From the NCBI RefSeq assembly GCF_000142905.1, contig NW_013657669.1, positions 434,001 through 498,000 on the forward strand: 64,000 nt of DNA. The letters run 5' to 3'. The notes beneath the pieces are model-generated. The model was not told where the DNA came from and made no database searches. It saw nothing but the letters and a program-made list of their open reading frames with translations. A program made the translations under genes and the position numbers. This DNA is from Thecamonas trahens ATCC 50062 (taxonomy: Eukaryota > Protista > Apusomonadida). This document shows, piece after piece, positions 1 through 11,914 of the stretch. The number at the start of each line of letters is the position of its first letter. Position 1 is the first letter of the stretch.

Positions 1-2727
1 GCTGCCTGCCGAGCCGAACCGGATTCACGCTCGGCTGCAGGAGGCAATTCTACGTGTCCTCTGCAATGTGTGCCTCTCTTCCAATCCCAACATTGAGCTC
101 CTGGTTGCTGCGCCAGAGACCGTTGCCGCGGTGGTGCACTCGCTCTCGTCGCCGGTCGAGCGGGTGGTAGCTCAAGCGGCGCGGCTGGCTGGTGAGGTCT
201 CAATTGTCGAGAATGGAGCGCGGACGCTGCAACACAGCGCTGCGGTCGAGCCGCTCTTCCGAGTCGCGTGCTGGAACGTCGAGGGCTCGACGACGTATCA
301 GGCCTCGGCGCGAGTCTCAGCCGTCATTGCGTTGGCCAACTTGGCCAAGTCATCGATTGTGGTGGCACACCTTGGCGAGCTGGTGGCAGAGGCGCCGCTG
401 GCGGTGGCAGACCTGGCGCACGGCGCCGGACTTGCCGGCATTGCCGCGCGCAAGCTCGCAGGCAAGCTCGACCTTGACCTTGGCGTGGCGCCGGTCCTGC
501 ACGAGTCGGCCAAGCGTCCGGCGACGCCCGAGGTGACGGCGCAGTCGGGCGGGCGGCTGACGCTTGCGGCGCCGGACAAGCTTCTCGACCCCGCCAAGGC
601 TGCCGTGATCATTGACTCTGCGGTAGCCGTCGAGTCATGGATGGCAACGTCAGAGACGGAGCTCAACGTGTCGACCGGCGACGTGATTGCCGTCTACGAC
701 GCCACCCATCCCGAGTGGTGGTATGCGCGGGTCGGCGGCGTCACCGGCTTTGTGCCCTGCTTTTGCCTCGAAACGGTGAGCGCCGGCATGCGCAAGACCA
801 CGTCGGCGACGCTTGACAAGGCGGCACGACTGGCGCGGCTCTCGACGGCGCCGGCCGACGAAGTGGTGATGACACTCGAGGAAGAGGGCGTCCGCATGGG
901 CTACCTCAAACTGCAGTCGACGTCGGTGCTCAAGTCGTGGATCCGGCACTTTGCGGTGTTAGAGGCCGGCAAGCTTGCAATCTACAAGACCGTCCACGAC
1001 CCGGTGCCGGTCTTTGAGCTCGACGTTCAGGTGGTCAACGTCAAGAACGCGTCCGATCTCACCTTTGAGATGATTGCGCCAGATAAGCGGTATTTGTTCC
1101 AGGGCGAGACGCAAGCTGAGGTGACGGCGTGGGTGGCCGCGATTCGGGACGCGACAGCGTCACAGCTCCGCAACGTCACGTCGGTCGGGAAGACTGGCAC
1201 GCTCAAACGGGTCCATTCCAAGACGAAGTCACAGATCAACCAGCTCATAGCTAACATCTGGAAGCTGCCGGGCAACTCAGTCTGCGCCGACTGCTTCAAC
1301 ACCAAGCCAGACTGGTGCTCGATCAACCTCGGCATTTTGGTCTGCATCGAGTGCTCGGGCTTGCACCGCTCGCTCGGCACGTCGATTTCCAAGGTTCGGT
1401 CGCTCAAGCTAGACGACCTGGTGCCGTATGTGGAAGAGTACATGCAGGCGATCGGTAACGAGGCTGCCAACTCGATCCTCGAGGCCTGGCCGTCGCGGGT
1501 CATCCGCTACAAGCCGTCAGACCCGTCGCTTGCCGGCATGCGTAACCAGTACATCAAGTACAAGTACGTAGAGAAGCGGTTGTTGGCCAAGGGCACCGAG
1601 ACTGACCCGGATAAGCTCGGCGCAGCGCTGCGTGCGTCCATCGCCGCAGGCTCGCACATGGGCATCCTCGCTGCACTCGCCGCCGGCGCCGCCGTCGACT
1701 GGCTCCCGCCCGACAAGCCGGGCGCCATCGGCTCGGTCGCGTATGCGCTCGAGACCCAGGCGCCGCGGGTAGTTGTCACCGCGCTCGTGCTCAATAACGC
1801 CGACATCAACTCGGTCTCGCCCAAGTCGGGCGGCACGCCCGCCCACGACGCCGTCCTCGCCGAACGCTCGGACGTGCTGGAGATTCTGATGGACAACAAC
1901 GCCGACATCAAGACACCCAACGCTGAGGGCCAGACCGTACTGCAGCTCGCCGAGGCGCTCAACGCCACCCGTTGCATCACTATCCTCCGTGGTGAGACAG
2001 CTAGCCCGAGCGAGTGTGAGGCGTCGGGGTCGGCGGCCGGCTCCTCGCCGCCGCCACCGACCAGCGAAAACGTCCGCGTCATGTCGGTCACCTCGCTCCC
2101 ACCTGCGCCGCCGGCAGGTGCCAACGATAACTACGAAGATTTGCTTGCCCTCATCGAAGACGATGCTCTCCCGCCACCGCCGCCGGACATGCTCGCGGCC
2201 GACTCGGCACCACCCAAGCCTGCCGGGAGGACCAAGCCGGCGCGGGTGGGCGGCGGGCGACGCGGCTCTGGCCCACCGCCGCCGCTCTCGCAGGGTGCCG
2301 CCGCCGCTAGCTCGCCTGGCGAGGATTCGGGCGCAGCCTTTGCCACCCGTCGGCCAACCGCCAAGAAGCTCCCGCCACCAGCAGTCGACGTCTCGGGCAG
2401 TGACAACTCGCTTGGCGAGGTCCAGCCCATCGTGCCCGGTCGGAATGCAGTCGCCAAGCCGCCGCGCAAGCCGACTGGCACCAAGCCGACCACGCCCAAG
2501 CCGCGCAAGCCGACAGCTACCAAGCCGACCACGCCCAAGCCGACCACGCCCAAGCCGGCGTCACCCAGCCGCGCAAGCCGACAGCTACCAAGCCGACCAC
2601 GCCCAAGCCGACCACGCCCAAGCCGGCGTCACCCAAGCCACGCAAGCCAACTGGCGTCAAGCCGGCGTCGCCCAAGCCTGCCAAGCCCGCAGCCGCCAAG
2701 CCAGTGGCCGCGGCTAGTTGCGCATAA
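1..2727 (+). CDS. ArfGAP protein (helical/ARM-like N-terminus, SH3, PH, ArfGAP zinc finger, ankyrin repeats, Pro/Lys-rich tail); 5' end lies outside the window
   Basis: Frame is open from the window start. SH3 (ELNVSTGDVIAV..EWWYARVGGVTGFVP), PH (GYLKLQ..W..YLFQGET..WVAAI), ArfGAP CADC-x16-CIECSGLHRSLG with the Arg finger, ankyrin TPAHDAV. One missing A at ~2567 interrupts the KPxxP repeat; the repaired frame stops at TAA 2725-2727 (unrepaired ORF runs to 2782). Confidence 0.88.
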
Positions 2728-2851
2728 AGTATCAAACGTGGTCGTACCCCCCCTCGCCCGTCGGCGCAAGCTTTTCCTTTAGCGCTGTAAAGTATCAAAC
2801 GTGGTCGTACCCCCCCTCGCCCGTCGGCGCAAGCTTTTCCATTAGCGCTGT
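2726..2851. repeat. 63-bp tandem duplication (2 copies, 1 mismatch)
   Basis: aaagtatcaaacgtggtcgtaccccccctcgcccgtcggcgcaagcttttcc(t/a)ttagcgctgt at 2726-2788 and 2789-2851. Confidence 0.95.
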
Positions 2852-2921
2852 TGAATTGGAACAAAGTCGAGGTCGAGTTCGAGGCATCGCAAGAGCTCAC
2901 TCCCTCTCGCCTCCCGCATCT

Positions 2922-5231
2922 ATGGCGACGGCACCGCAACGGATCAACCTCACCCTCAACTCGGCGTATGCGCCGCACTGGGGTGCGCGCGAGGGCGTAC
3001 GCGAGCTAGTGCAGAACTGGTACGACGGCGTCCGTGGCGCGGCCGAGGCGGCGGGAGCAGCAACAGCAGGTGAGCGAAGTAGGCCCGCAAAGGCAGCGAC
3101 CTCATTTGCGCCGCATGGTGTGACCTTTCATCGGAGCCGCAGCAGCGATGGTGGGACGGCGGTAGCGGTTGTCGATGGGAATGGATCGCTGGTGGGGTAT
3201 GTGGCGTATGATGCCGATGCCTGCATGCTGGTGCTCGCCAACGAGGCGGCGGCGGGTCTGGGGCGGGCAGTTCTGCTGATGGGCTCGTCGTCCAAGGTCG
3301 ACGACGCGGCTGCGGTTGGACAGTTTGGTGAGGGCCTCAAAGTCGGTGCCATAGCCCTACTGCGCGAGGGTAAGCAGATCCGGCTGGAGACAGGCGCCGG
3401 CGAGGCGTGGGCCTTTGAGCTCGTTCGCGATGAAAACTTTGGCTCGGCCACCGTGCTCTCGCTGGCTGTGCTGGAGACCACGGGTGTTCCGCCGATGCCC
3501 GAGAGTATTGCCGAGCGCGGGAGAGTGAGCGCATCGGGGGTGGTGGCTGTCTTGGAAGGGCTGGCACCCAACGAGTGGGCGGAGTTTGAGGGTGACTTTC
3601 TGTTCCTGTCTCCGCCCAGCGATGCCAGCGGCTACTGTGCGACTCGCGATGGGACGCTGCTGCTTGAGGAGCGCCACCGCGGCAAGCTGTATGTCAAGGG
3701 CTTTTGGGTGGCGGACATGGCCGACGAAGGCCTACAGACTGGAGCCGACTTTCCGGCGCTGGCCCTCGATCGCGAGCGGCGTGCAGCAGCAAAGCGGGCT
3801 GATGTCGAGTATGCGATGGCCAATCTGTGGGTTCAGGCCATTGCACACGAGCCCGGGCTTGTGCCACGGTTCTACGACTTGCTCTGCTCGTCGCAGATTA
3901 CTGCCGACATTGCCAAAGTTCACTGGTACATGACCGATGAGGCGCTGGCCGCGGTGGCGGCGGCTTTCTTTGACAACAACGGTGCCAACGCGTTTCCCGT
4001 GGCGGCCACGCCGTCAGCCCGCAAGAACATCGCATCAGTCGAGGAGGTGCTTGGTAAGAGCGCGGTGGTGTGCAACGAGGTGCTTGCATCGCTCCTCGCC
4101 TCGTCCCCTGCTATCGGCAAGCTGGAGGACGCGCTCGCCGGCGCGCGCCGACGGTCGCACACCGAGGTTGCGATTGCAAGTCTTGGCCGCGCTGCCCGCA
4201 ACGCGTTCTACGCCTTTTGCGCTGTTCTTGATGGCCTCGCGAGTGACATGAGTGTTGGCAACTTGTCGGCGCGACGGATGTGGCCAACGTCAGGCTCGCT
4301 AAGGCTCGTCGCCTTTTCGACGCCGACAACACTTGTTGCCTTTGACGACGAGACGCAGACGTACCGAATGGCGGCATCACTGTTTCGCCGGCCAGCTCCA
4401 GCATCAGTTGTGTGTGCGGAAGCGCTTGCGGCTGTTGTCCGCGAGGTCTGCGACTCGCCCAGCATTGTCCCTGATGGCGTTCTGGCGGTCCTCGCGCGCA
4501 GGTGCATTTCGAGCCGTGACAGCGACGACGGCGGGGCAAGCAGTGTTGGCAGTGAGCGTGCTGCGGCGCTGGAAGCTCAGCTGGAGGCACGCGAGGCCGA
4601 GCTAGAACAGCTCTGCGAGGAGGTAGCCGAGGCTAAGACTTCGCCAGCAGGTGTGGCGCAGGTGGCCGAGCTCGAGGCGCGGGTGGCTCGGCTGACCGAC
4701 GAGCTGGCCAAGGCCAAAACGGTCTCGTCGCTTGGCCTCCGCAACATCGCCGCGCTGCAGAAGCAGAACAACGAGCTTGGCGATGCACACGAGGCTGTCA
4801 AGCGAGACCTCCGCGCGCGTGAGCAGACCGTGATCCAGCTCAGCCTCCAGCTGGGCGAACTACAGAGCAGTCGACGGCGCGAGGGCCAGGCATTGGCCAA
4901 TCTCACCGGTAGCGCCACCGAGAAGGCCAGCGACATTGTTGGCGGGTTGAGCATGGATGAGCTTGAGGCGATGATCGACGGGCGCGAGCAGGAGCTGGCC
5001 ATGCTTCGGCGCGAGGCGCGTCGGCGCGCAAACGCAGCACGGCGTGAGCTGCAGCATGCGCTTGAGGTTGCGCAGGCCGGGTGCATGTGTGTGGTGTGCA
5101 TGGATGCGCCGGCTCGGTGCGTGGTGCTCCCGTGCCGGCACCTGAACACGTGCGGCGGGTGCGTGCAGCAACTGGAGCGGTGTCCGGTCTGCCGCGGGCC
5201 CATTGGCGAGGTGGTTGAGGTGGTGGGGTGA
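2922..5231 (+). CDS. GHKL-type ATPase domain + coiled coil + C-terminal C3HC4 RING finger
   Basis: N-box RELVQNWYDG, G2-like GQFGEGLKVG, long heptad region, CVVCMD..VVLPCRHLNTCGGC..CPVCR. First ATG at 2922. Confidence 0.8.
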   Translation: MATAPQRINLTLNSAYAPHWGAREGVRELVQNWYDGVRGAAEAAGAATAGERSRPAKAATSFAPHGVTFHRSRSSDGGTAVAVVDGNGSLVGYVAYDADACMLVLANEAAAGLGRAVLLMGSSSKVDDAAAVGQFGEGLKVGAIALLREGKQIRLETGAGEAWAFELVRDENFGSATVLSLAVLETTGVPPMPESIAERGRVSASGVVAVLEGLAPNEWAEFEGDFLFLSPPSDASGYCATRDGTLLLEERHRGKLYVKGFWVADMADEGLQTGADFPALALDRERRAAAKRADVEYAMANLWVQAIAHEPGLVPRFYDLLCSSQITADIAKVHWYMTDEALAAVAAAFFDNNGANAFPVAATPSARKNIASVEEVLGKSAVVCNEVLASLLASSPAIGKLEDALAGARRRSHTEVAIASLGRAARNAFYAFCAVLDGLASDMSVGNLSARRMWPTSGSLRLVAFSTPTTLVAFDDETQTYRMAASLFRRPAPASVVCAEALAAVVREVCDSPSIVPDGVLAVLARRCISSRDSDDGGASSVGSERAAALEAQLEAREAELEQLCEEVAEAKTSPAGVAQVAELEARVARLTDELAKAKTVSSLGLRNIAALQKQNNELGDAHEAVKRDLRAREQTVIQLSLQLGELQSSRRREGQALANLTGSATEKASDIVGGLSMDELEAMIDGREQELAMLRREARRRANAARRELQHALEVAQAGCMCVVCMDAPARCVVLPCRHLNTCGGCVQQLERCPVCRGPIGEVVEVVG

Positions 5232-5233
5232 GC

Positions 5234-6275
5234 TCAGCGAGTGTCGACGGTCGAAAACGGGTTGACCATGACGACCGGCTCGGCAAAGTCGTCGTCGTCG
5301 AGCGAGGAGAGTTCGAGCACAAACGGATTAGCAGACGAGTTCGAGACTGCAGTCGAGGTTCGCGAGATCGAGAGCGAGCTGAGCGGGCGACCAAGGTCGG
5401 CGTCGTCATCGTCAGAGGCGGCCCAAGGGTTGAGCAGGACATTGAGCTCTGTCTCAGTCGCACGCTCCTGTGGCGCGTCGGACTTGAGAATGTTGTCCGA
5501 GATCCAAAAAGTGATGATGTTGAGGAAGAGTGGGGCAACGAGCATGACGACAATGAGCTCGGTGTGTGGGTGGTTGAGAAAGGGCGTGAGGAAGAAGCGT
5601 GCGATGGCCTCGAGAATGCCTGCCACCGGATACATAAGCAGGCCCATGATGAGCTTGACAAGGACGACGATGACCTGCCAGACGCCGAGCTGCATGGCCC
5701 AGGCCTTGGCCGACGGCGGGCGGCCGTACTTGCCGGAGCGCAGGTACTCGTACGGCGAGAATTGGCCGACAATGTGTGCGTCGATGAAGAAGCGCTCAAA
5801 CGCGGTGAGAAAGGCCCAGCAGAGGGCAACACCAAGGGTGGCGTCGAGAAAGATGAGGATAAAGTAGCCGAGGCAGGCATCGTGCGAGGTGTAGAGCCAT
5901 GCGACAAAGACGTTGAGAAAGTGCCACGAGATCGAGGTGATGCCCTGCTTGCCTGTGTCAAACAGCCAGATCTGTGTCTCCACGGATGGACGAGTGAGTG
6001 CCACGAGTGCCACGAGTGCGATGGCGAGTGGTGCCTGCCACAATGGGTCTGTGCGTCGACGTGTGCATCTCCCTCCCTCCCATGGGCCTTGTCTGGTGCC
6101 ACGCGCGTCCTCTACCCCTCTCCCCGCATCCTCCCCCTCCCTTGTGCCATACCTTGGTGCTCCGTCGGTGCTCCTCCCGCCGCCACTTGACAAAGAGGGT
6201 GGCAAAAGCCACAGCCATGAGGGCAAGCTGGACCTCCTTGCCAAAGTCGTCCATCATCTGGCATCCCTCGCCCAT
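5234..6275 (-). CDS. STIMATE: STIMATE/TMEM110-family membrane protein (exons 6275-6153 and 5971-5234)
   Basis: Splicing intron 6152-5972 (GTATGG..CAG) gives AVAFATLFVKWRREEHRRSTK|IWLFDTGKQ..CLGYFILIFLDATLG..LRSGKYG..ELIVVMLVAPLFLNIITFWISDNILK, the family signature. Confidence 0.85.
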
Positions 6276-6286
6276 GCTGGAGGTGG

Positions 6287-6328
6287 TGGGGTGGGGGTGG
6301 GGGTGGGGGTGGGGGTGGGGGTGGGGTG
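6287..6328. repeat. (GGGGGT)n microsatellite upstream of STIMATE ATG
   Basis: About 7 direct copies of ggggtg/gggggt. Confidence 0.9.
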
Positions 6329-6452
6329 AGTGGGGTGTGACCTGCGCTGAGTGTGCAAAGTGCTCGCGCTCGCGCTAGCAATGTTTTGACTCGTTTGGCG
6401 CGAGCAGGTTATCGGCAAGGCTGGGCATGTGTGTATTCGCTCGCGAAAGGGG

Positions 6453-6484
<32 letters not shown>

Positions 6485-6512
6485 ACAGGGAAACGGCTGG
6501 GATCGACTGATG

Positions 6513-8457
6513 TCAAGCACTCGCACCGGCGGCCGCTGGCTCGCGGATGGCGTTGTTGCAGCGCCAGTCGCCGGAGCAGAGGTTGCAGTGAGAGACATTC
6601 GGCACACAGTCGGGACATGGTGGGCAGTCACAGTTGGCATCGCAGTATGTTGAGCACGATCGGCATGGCCATGGGCCGAGGCACGCCACGCAGCCCTCCC
6701 AGCCGCAACCGGGGCAGCCGCGCCCGGCTGTGCATACATGTCGAGATTGTGGATGTGAGTAGGGGCAAAGTGGGTGTGGGGAGTCGGAGGTGAGGGAGCA
6801 GAGGGGAAGCGGGGCAAAACGTACGATTGAGATGATGGCAGCGGTGGCCTCTGTAGTGGACCCAGCGCATGCCGCAGCCGGGCGAGGGACAAAGCTTGGA
6901 GGTCGATTCGATGTAGTCGCGGGTGGCGTCATCAGTGCCGTGGGCGGCGGCAGCCCACTCGGCGCAGGTCATGTCGGGATGGTCAACCGAGCAACCGTAG
7001 CACCAGCTCGCGTCGCAGTAGAGACACTCCATCCGGGTAGTCGGATCGGTCTCGCAGCCGTTGTCGAGGACCAAGAGGCCGCCACACGCCGGATTAATGC
7101 AGTACGTCCGCTGAGCGAGCGGGATGGCAGCGATGTCGTTGAAGCGAATAAACTTGTCGTACTCGTCGCGGGAGAGAGCCTCGCCGTGCGGTAGAACCCG
7201 AGTTGAGAGGCGAAGCAGGTTGTGGACCGATTCAGCGGCAACCACCGACGGGCACCGCGTCTCGCCATCAATGCATGGGCACTGCAGAGGGAACTGCTCA
7301 TTGACGTCGCCGAGGGCAACGCGGACGATGGCAATCGAGCAATTGACGCACATCAGGTGGCCGCACTCGCCAAGGCCGAGCAGCTCGCTTGCATCGTAGT
7401 CGACAAAGCAGACCGAGCACGTGAGCTCGGTGACAATGGCGGTCAGCTGCGCCGGCTCGCGGCAGTTGTTGCAGATCTCGCCATTGTCGTCGCGAAAGGT
7501 CCGGGCGCAAGTCATGCAAAGAAAGGCGTGTCCGCACGGGTAGTTGAGCGCGTTGGCCGGCGCGTCGAGGCAGAGGACACAGGTTGGGCGGGCTTTGCGG
7601 GCGGCAGCTGCCGCTACAGCGGCAGCAGCACGAGCGGCATCGGCGGGAGACGCCGCCGCGGCATCGTCGGCAAACGACGGTCCGACCATGGCAAACTCGA
7701 GCGAGAGTGCGCCCTGTGGTGCAACCGAGGCCTTGAACACGCCACCGCCGTCCGGCGGTGGGCCCAGCTCGCGGCGGAGGGCCCAGATCGGAAACTGACT
7801 GTCGAGCGCCATGGTGTGGGCGTAGACCTCGACGGCAGGAATAGCGATGTAGCCCATGAGCAGGTCAGTCCGTCCGCGCTCCCAGTCGTACATGTAGATC
7901 TCAACAAAGTCGTTGGGCGAGTTGATGGCAAAGTAGAAGGTTTCGTCCCACTCGGGCGTTTGTGAGTTCTTGCAAGTCGCAGTCTTTGCAAACACCTGCA
8001 GCCGGTCACGCTTGTCGAGACGAGCCGGATCAACAGCAGCAGTCGCCGGACTGCAGATACGAACGAGGCAATATGGATCGCCCTTACGAAAGGTGTCCAT
8101 CTTCCGCAGGCCCGATGCTGACACAATGCGCATGCCGATGTAGCGCGGGAGCGGGCGCGGATCGGCGTAGGTCGTCGATCGAGTCGAATGGCAGATGAAG
8201 AACGGCTTGCCATGGTCCGAATACCGCACCTCCCAGCCCTCGGGCAGCGGATCAGCTTCTGTGATGGGTCGCCGCTCCAGCGGATTGTCGTCGCGAGCGA
8301 GCGTCGTTCTCCGGAAGGCGATGAACTTGGAGAGCGAGTAGAGCTGTGGGAGGAGTGAGTGGCAGAGAAGGGAGGAGGGGAGGGGAGAGGGGAGGGAGAG
8401 AGGAGAGCGTACGTTTTCAAGACGGCCAAAGCTGGCCTGAGTCGGGTCGGCGGCCAT
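6513..8457 (-). CDS. WW + C2 + RING + RBR (RING1-IBR-RING2) E3 ubiquitin ligase with Cys-rich tail; introns 8412-8344 and 6824-6728
   Basis: WW LPEGWEVRYSDHGKPFFICHSTRSTTYADPR; C2 DPYCLV..PEWDETF..YDWE; RING CVLC..PCGHAFLCMTC; RING1 CSVC..CGHLMCVNC; IBR YCINPAC..CLYC..WCYGC..H. Splicing restores RING2 CPSPGC..GHRCHHLN|PGRGCPGC..CVAC. Confidence 0.85.
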
Positions 8458-8780
8458 GGCCGTGGCGGGTGTGTGGGGTGGGGTGCTGGAGGGTGGAACG
8501 GCTGGGTGCACCTGTGTCGGTTGTGGGAAGGGGGGGGGGGGGGGGGGGGCTGGCAATGGGCGGAGGGGTGCGCAAAGGGGATGGCGACGATGTGTGCGTG
8601 GATGTGACTGGATACTGTGGAAAAGGCTTTGGCTTGCTCTGCTGCTCTACTGTTCTGCGTGGTGGGGCGAATGAAGGTGGTGGCGCATGCGATCATCGAG
8701 CCCATGATCCAACCAGGAGCTGCTCGGCGCGCGTACAAGCGTCCACGCGCACACGCGCACACGCCACTCTCCTCGCCATC

Positions 8781-9893
8781 ATGCTCAACAAACTTCCAAC
8801 CGAGCTCATCCAGCTCATCGCGGCATTCTTGCTGGACGCGGCCGATCATGTTGCCCTCGCCACTACATGCGCCCGTTGCCACACCGCGCTCCTTGTCGAC
8901 TCATACTCGGTCGCGCTTGCCCACGTCAAGACGGGCTACGCCAACTGCGTCGCCCATCGACTTTGGAGAGGGGCAGAGCTTGCGCTGCGGCACACCACGC
9001 TTCCGCGTGCATCACGCCGTGAGGTGGATCCGGCCCTGTTAGTCCCTATCTTTCATCGCCCAGAGCCAGACTCGCCTGACTGGCGCGCGCTCGTTACCCG
9101 GCTGGCCGAGATGGACATAGTGGCCAAGTCTCTGGCCATGCCGGGAAACATCTACACAGCGATGCCGCAGCCGCGGCCCGACTACATTGGTCCTGCGGCG
9201 CTTGCAGCTTCCTGTGGCATTATGCCGCTGACGAGAGAGCTTCTGCCTAGGCACGATGCGGCGCAGGCATCGCTCGTCCTGTACATCCTGGCTTTTGCCG
9301 GTCAGACGAGCACCGTGGAAGCTATGATCCATGAGCTAACCGAGAGCTTGCTGCCAGAGCCAGGCAACATTGCCCTCCAGGCCGCCGCTGCAGGCGGTGT
9401 CCTTCACACGGTATATGTTCTCCTTGCTCGTGACGACGTCGATCCTGCAGCCAATGATAGCTACGCCATCCGCATGGCATGCGCCCGCGGCCACGCCGAG
9501 GTTGTTGCCGCCCTACTCGCCGACAAACGCGCCGATCCGTCTTCCGGGTGCAATCACGCGCTTCGATGGGCCGCTTGCCGCGGATACGCTTCCATTGTCA
9601 CCCTCCTCCTTGCCGATCCGCGCGTCAATCCCGCGGCATGTAGTCAGTTTGCCATCCGACAGGCCTCCCGCCGCGGCCATGCCTCTGTCGTCGGACTCCT
9701 CCTTGCCGACAACCGTGTCAATCCGGCTGCCAACAACAACGAGTCGCTCTGCTGGGCAGCGCGAAACGGTCATGAAAGCGTCGTACATCTCCTCCTTGCC
9801 GATGCCCGAGTCAACCCGGTCGACAAGAGCGCGGTGGCCGATGCAGCCCGTGCCAATCGACGGAGCCTCCGCCTGCTCTTCAACCATCGGTAG
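8781..9893 (+). CDS. F-box-like + ankyrin-repeat protein
   Basis: MLNKLPTELIQLIAAFL F-box start; about 5 ankyrin repeats (A..GH..VV..LL.D.R.NP). Confidence 0.85.
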   Translation: MLNKLPTELIQLIAAFLLDAADHVALATTCARCHTALLVDSYSVALAHVKTGYANCVAHRLWRGAELALRHTTLPRASRREVDPALLVPIFHRPEPDSPDWRALVTRLAEMDIVAKSLAMPGNIYTAMPQPRPDYIGPAALAASCGIMPLTRELLPRHDAAQASLVLYILAFAGQTSTVEAMIHELTESLLPEPGNIALQAAAAGGVLHTVYVLLARDDVDPAANDSYAIRMACARGHAEVVAALLADKRADPSSGCNHALRWAACRGYASIVTLLLADPRVNPAACSQFAIRQASRRGHASVVGLLLADNRVNPAANNNESLCWAARNGHESVVHLLLADARVNPVDKSAVADAARANRRSLRLLFNHR

Positions 9894-9996
9894 AACCACT
9901 CCAAGCACTGACAAAACACTCTGCGCCGCCCCACTCTTTCCCAACTCTTTTAGCAGCCAGATGCTCGTGCCTTTGTCGATAGAAAAACGCGCCACA

Positions 9997-11712
9997 TCAA
10001 TGGCCGCCAAACGCAAGGCCGGCGCGCCCGGTTTGGGTAACAAAGTGGACGAGGTCGTGGACGCAGACGGCGGTGACCGAGGTGCCATCGGGGCCGAGGA
10101 TGCCAAACTTGCTGGTGATCCACTCAAACTCGGCATGGCTCAGCCGGATGTGCAGCCGATGGAGAGCCTGTCGGAGTGTCGGGAGTGGGAGCGCGTCGTC
10201 GGCGGTGTACTCGAGAATTGTAGACAGGAGCTTGGCCGACTTGACATAGAGCTTGGCGACCGCAGACTTGATGGTTGGTGTGTCAAAGACCTGCGGGGTG
10301 TCGTCCGACTCAATCGGTGCGTCGTTGAGGACGGCAAGGTGCCGTGCAGCCTCTTCGGCGGCCACTGGGTCCTCCTCGCCAAGGAACTGGCAGAACTGCC
10401 GGTAATCGATGCCGTCGCCAACGCCAAAGGTGGCGGCGATCTCCTGGATCTGTGCTGGCGTCGGCCGGATGTAGTGCCGCCCGAGGACAGTGAGAACGTC
10501 GTCGAGCGAGACCGTGCCGGATCGGTCCGCGTCGAGCTCGAGAAAGCTTTCAGCGACGTGCCCATGTGCCTCGTAAACAATCTCGCGGAGGAGGTCAAGG
10601 ACCGGGACATCGACTGAAAGGACGCATGGCGCCACCGCGGCGGTGGGTACCTGTCCACGGAACGCGCGCGCCACCTCAGGCTCGACCACCGCAGGGTCCA
10701 TCAGCTCGCGTCCGCGGGTCGTCACGTGCCGCACAAAGTCGAGGTATGCCACCTGCGGATTGTCGCCTGAGGTGTCATCAGCAAAGGTCGAGAGCACAAA
10801 CTCGAGTTCCGATTCGGGCAGCGGGACCGAGGTCAGGACCGAGTCGATGGCGGCGACGAGCTGCGAGAACGGAATCGTCCGCGCAAATGCAGTGTCGCGG
10901 GCAATACACTCGTTGAGCAGCGCTTCGCGGACCGCAAACAGCCGGGCCACCAGCGAGTCGTCGTGCGCCACATCGCTCGGCAGACTCCAGGTCAGCGGAT
11001 CCTGCACAAACCGCACAAACTCGTTGTAGTCGATGCGCCCGCTCCCTCGCATGTCATGCTGCCGCATCAGCGCTGCCAGCTGCTCCTCGTCCAGCTCCAG
11101 GCCGAGACTCGCCAGCCCGTTCGCAAACTCGCGGTAGGAGAGCGTGCCGTTGCGCGAGACGTCAAGCTCCAGGAACATGTCACGGATGTGCTCGTGTCGC
11201 GCATACAGCTTGGTCACCACCAGCTCGTGCAGCCGGGCCATCTCCCGCTCGTTCCGCCCCGACGGATGCCGCGGCCGGATCGTCTTGTCGCGCTTGCCCA
11301 GCACCTCAGCCAGCCGGTTGATGTCAATGTACCCACGATGGGTAAAGGTTTGCGAAAGAAAGCTGTGCGCCGCGTCGCCGATGTGAACGCCCAGCGAGGC
11401 GCATACCTCCAGAAAGTCCGAGTACATCACCCGCCCGTTCCCAAACTCGTCGTACCTCCGCAACCGCTCGATAAGCTCGTCCTGCACCGGGCCAAATGCC
11501 TCCTGCATCGCAAGCGGAAGCGTCGGTCTGCAATGTGGTCCCTTCTGCCGTCAGTTACCGCCACACACCTGCCGGTGCTCCCTCCTTTCGCGCCCGAGCC
11601 ATTCGGCCGTCGCCATGAAGCGCGCATGACCATGCCGCGTGTAGGTGAGGGGATAGGAGCGGGAGAGAGGAGGGGGGGGAAGGGGGGAGGGAGAGGATAC
11701 GTACTCGTCCAT
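9997..11712 (-). CDS. Multi-EF-hand calcium-binding protein (probable tiny first exon at 11712-11705)
   Basis: EF loops DEFGNGRVMYSDF, DVSRNGTLSYREF, DMRGSGRIDYNEF, DADRSGTVSLDD. A plausible GTACGT..CAG intron joins MDE to PTLPLAMQE; start is uncertain (alternative 11508). Confidence 0.8.
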
Positions 11713-11914
11713 GGTGGGTCGCGGGATCTCTGTCAAGTGTTACACAATTGTAGGTGCTGGGTGACCCAGCATGGGTGCGGGTAGTCGGTGGCCGGCAACA
11801 GGCGTCAGCCGACACTGACCCGACATCGCGTCCGTCGACCTTCATTGCTGCCATGGGTGGAGTTCGGGTTAGGCTAGATGAGCGCATGGATTTGGCTCGA
11901 GTTGATCAAAATGG

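Noticed and set aside
6287-6328. Telomere-like G-rich repeat
   Set aside because: Short internal GGGGGT run, not TTAGGG, and flanked by genes.
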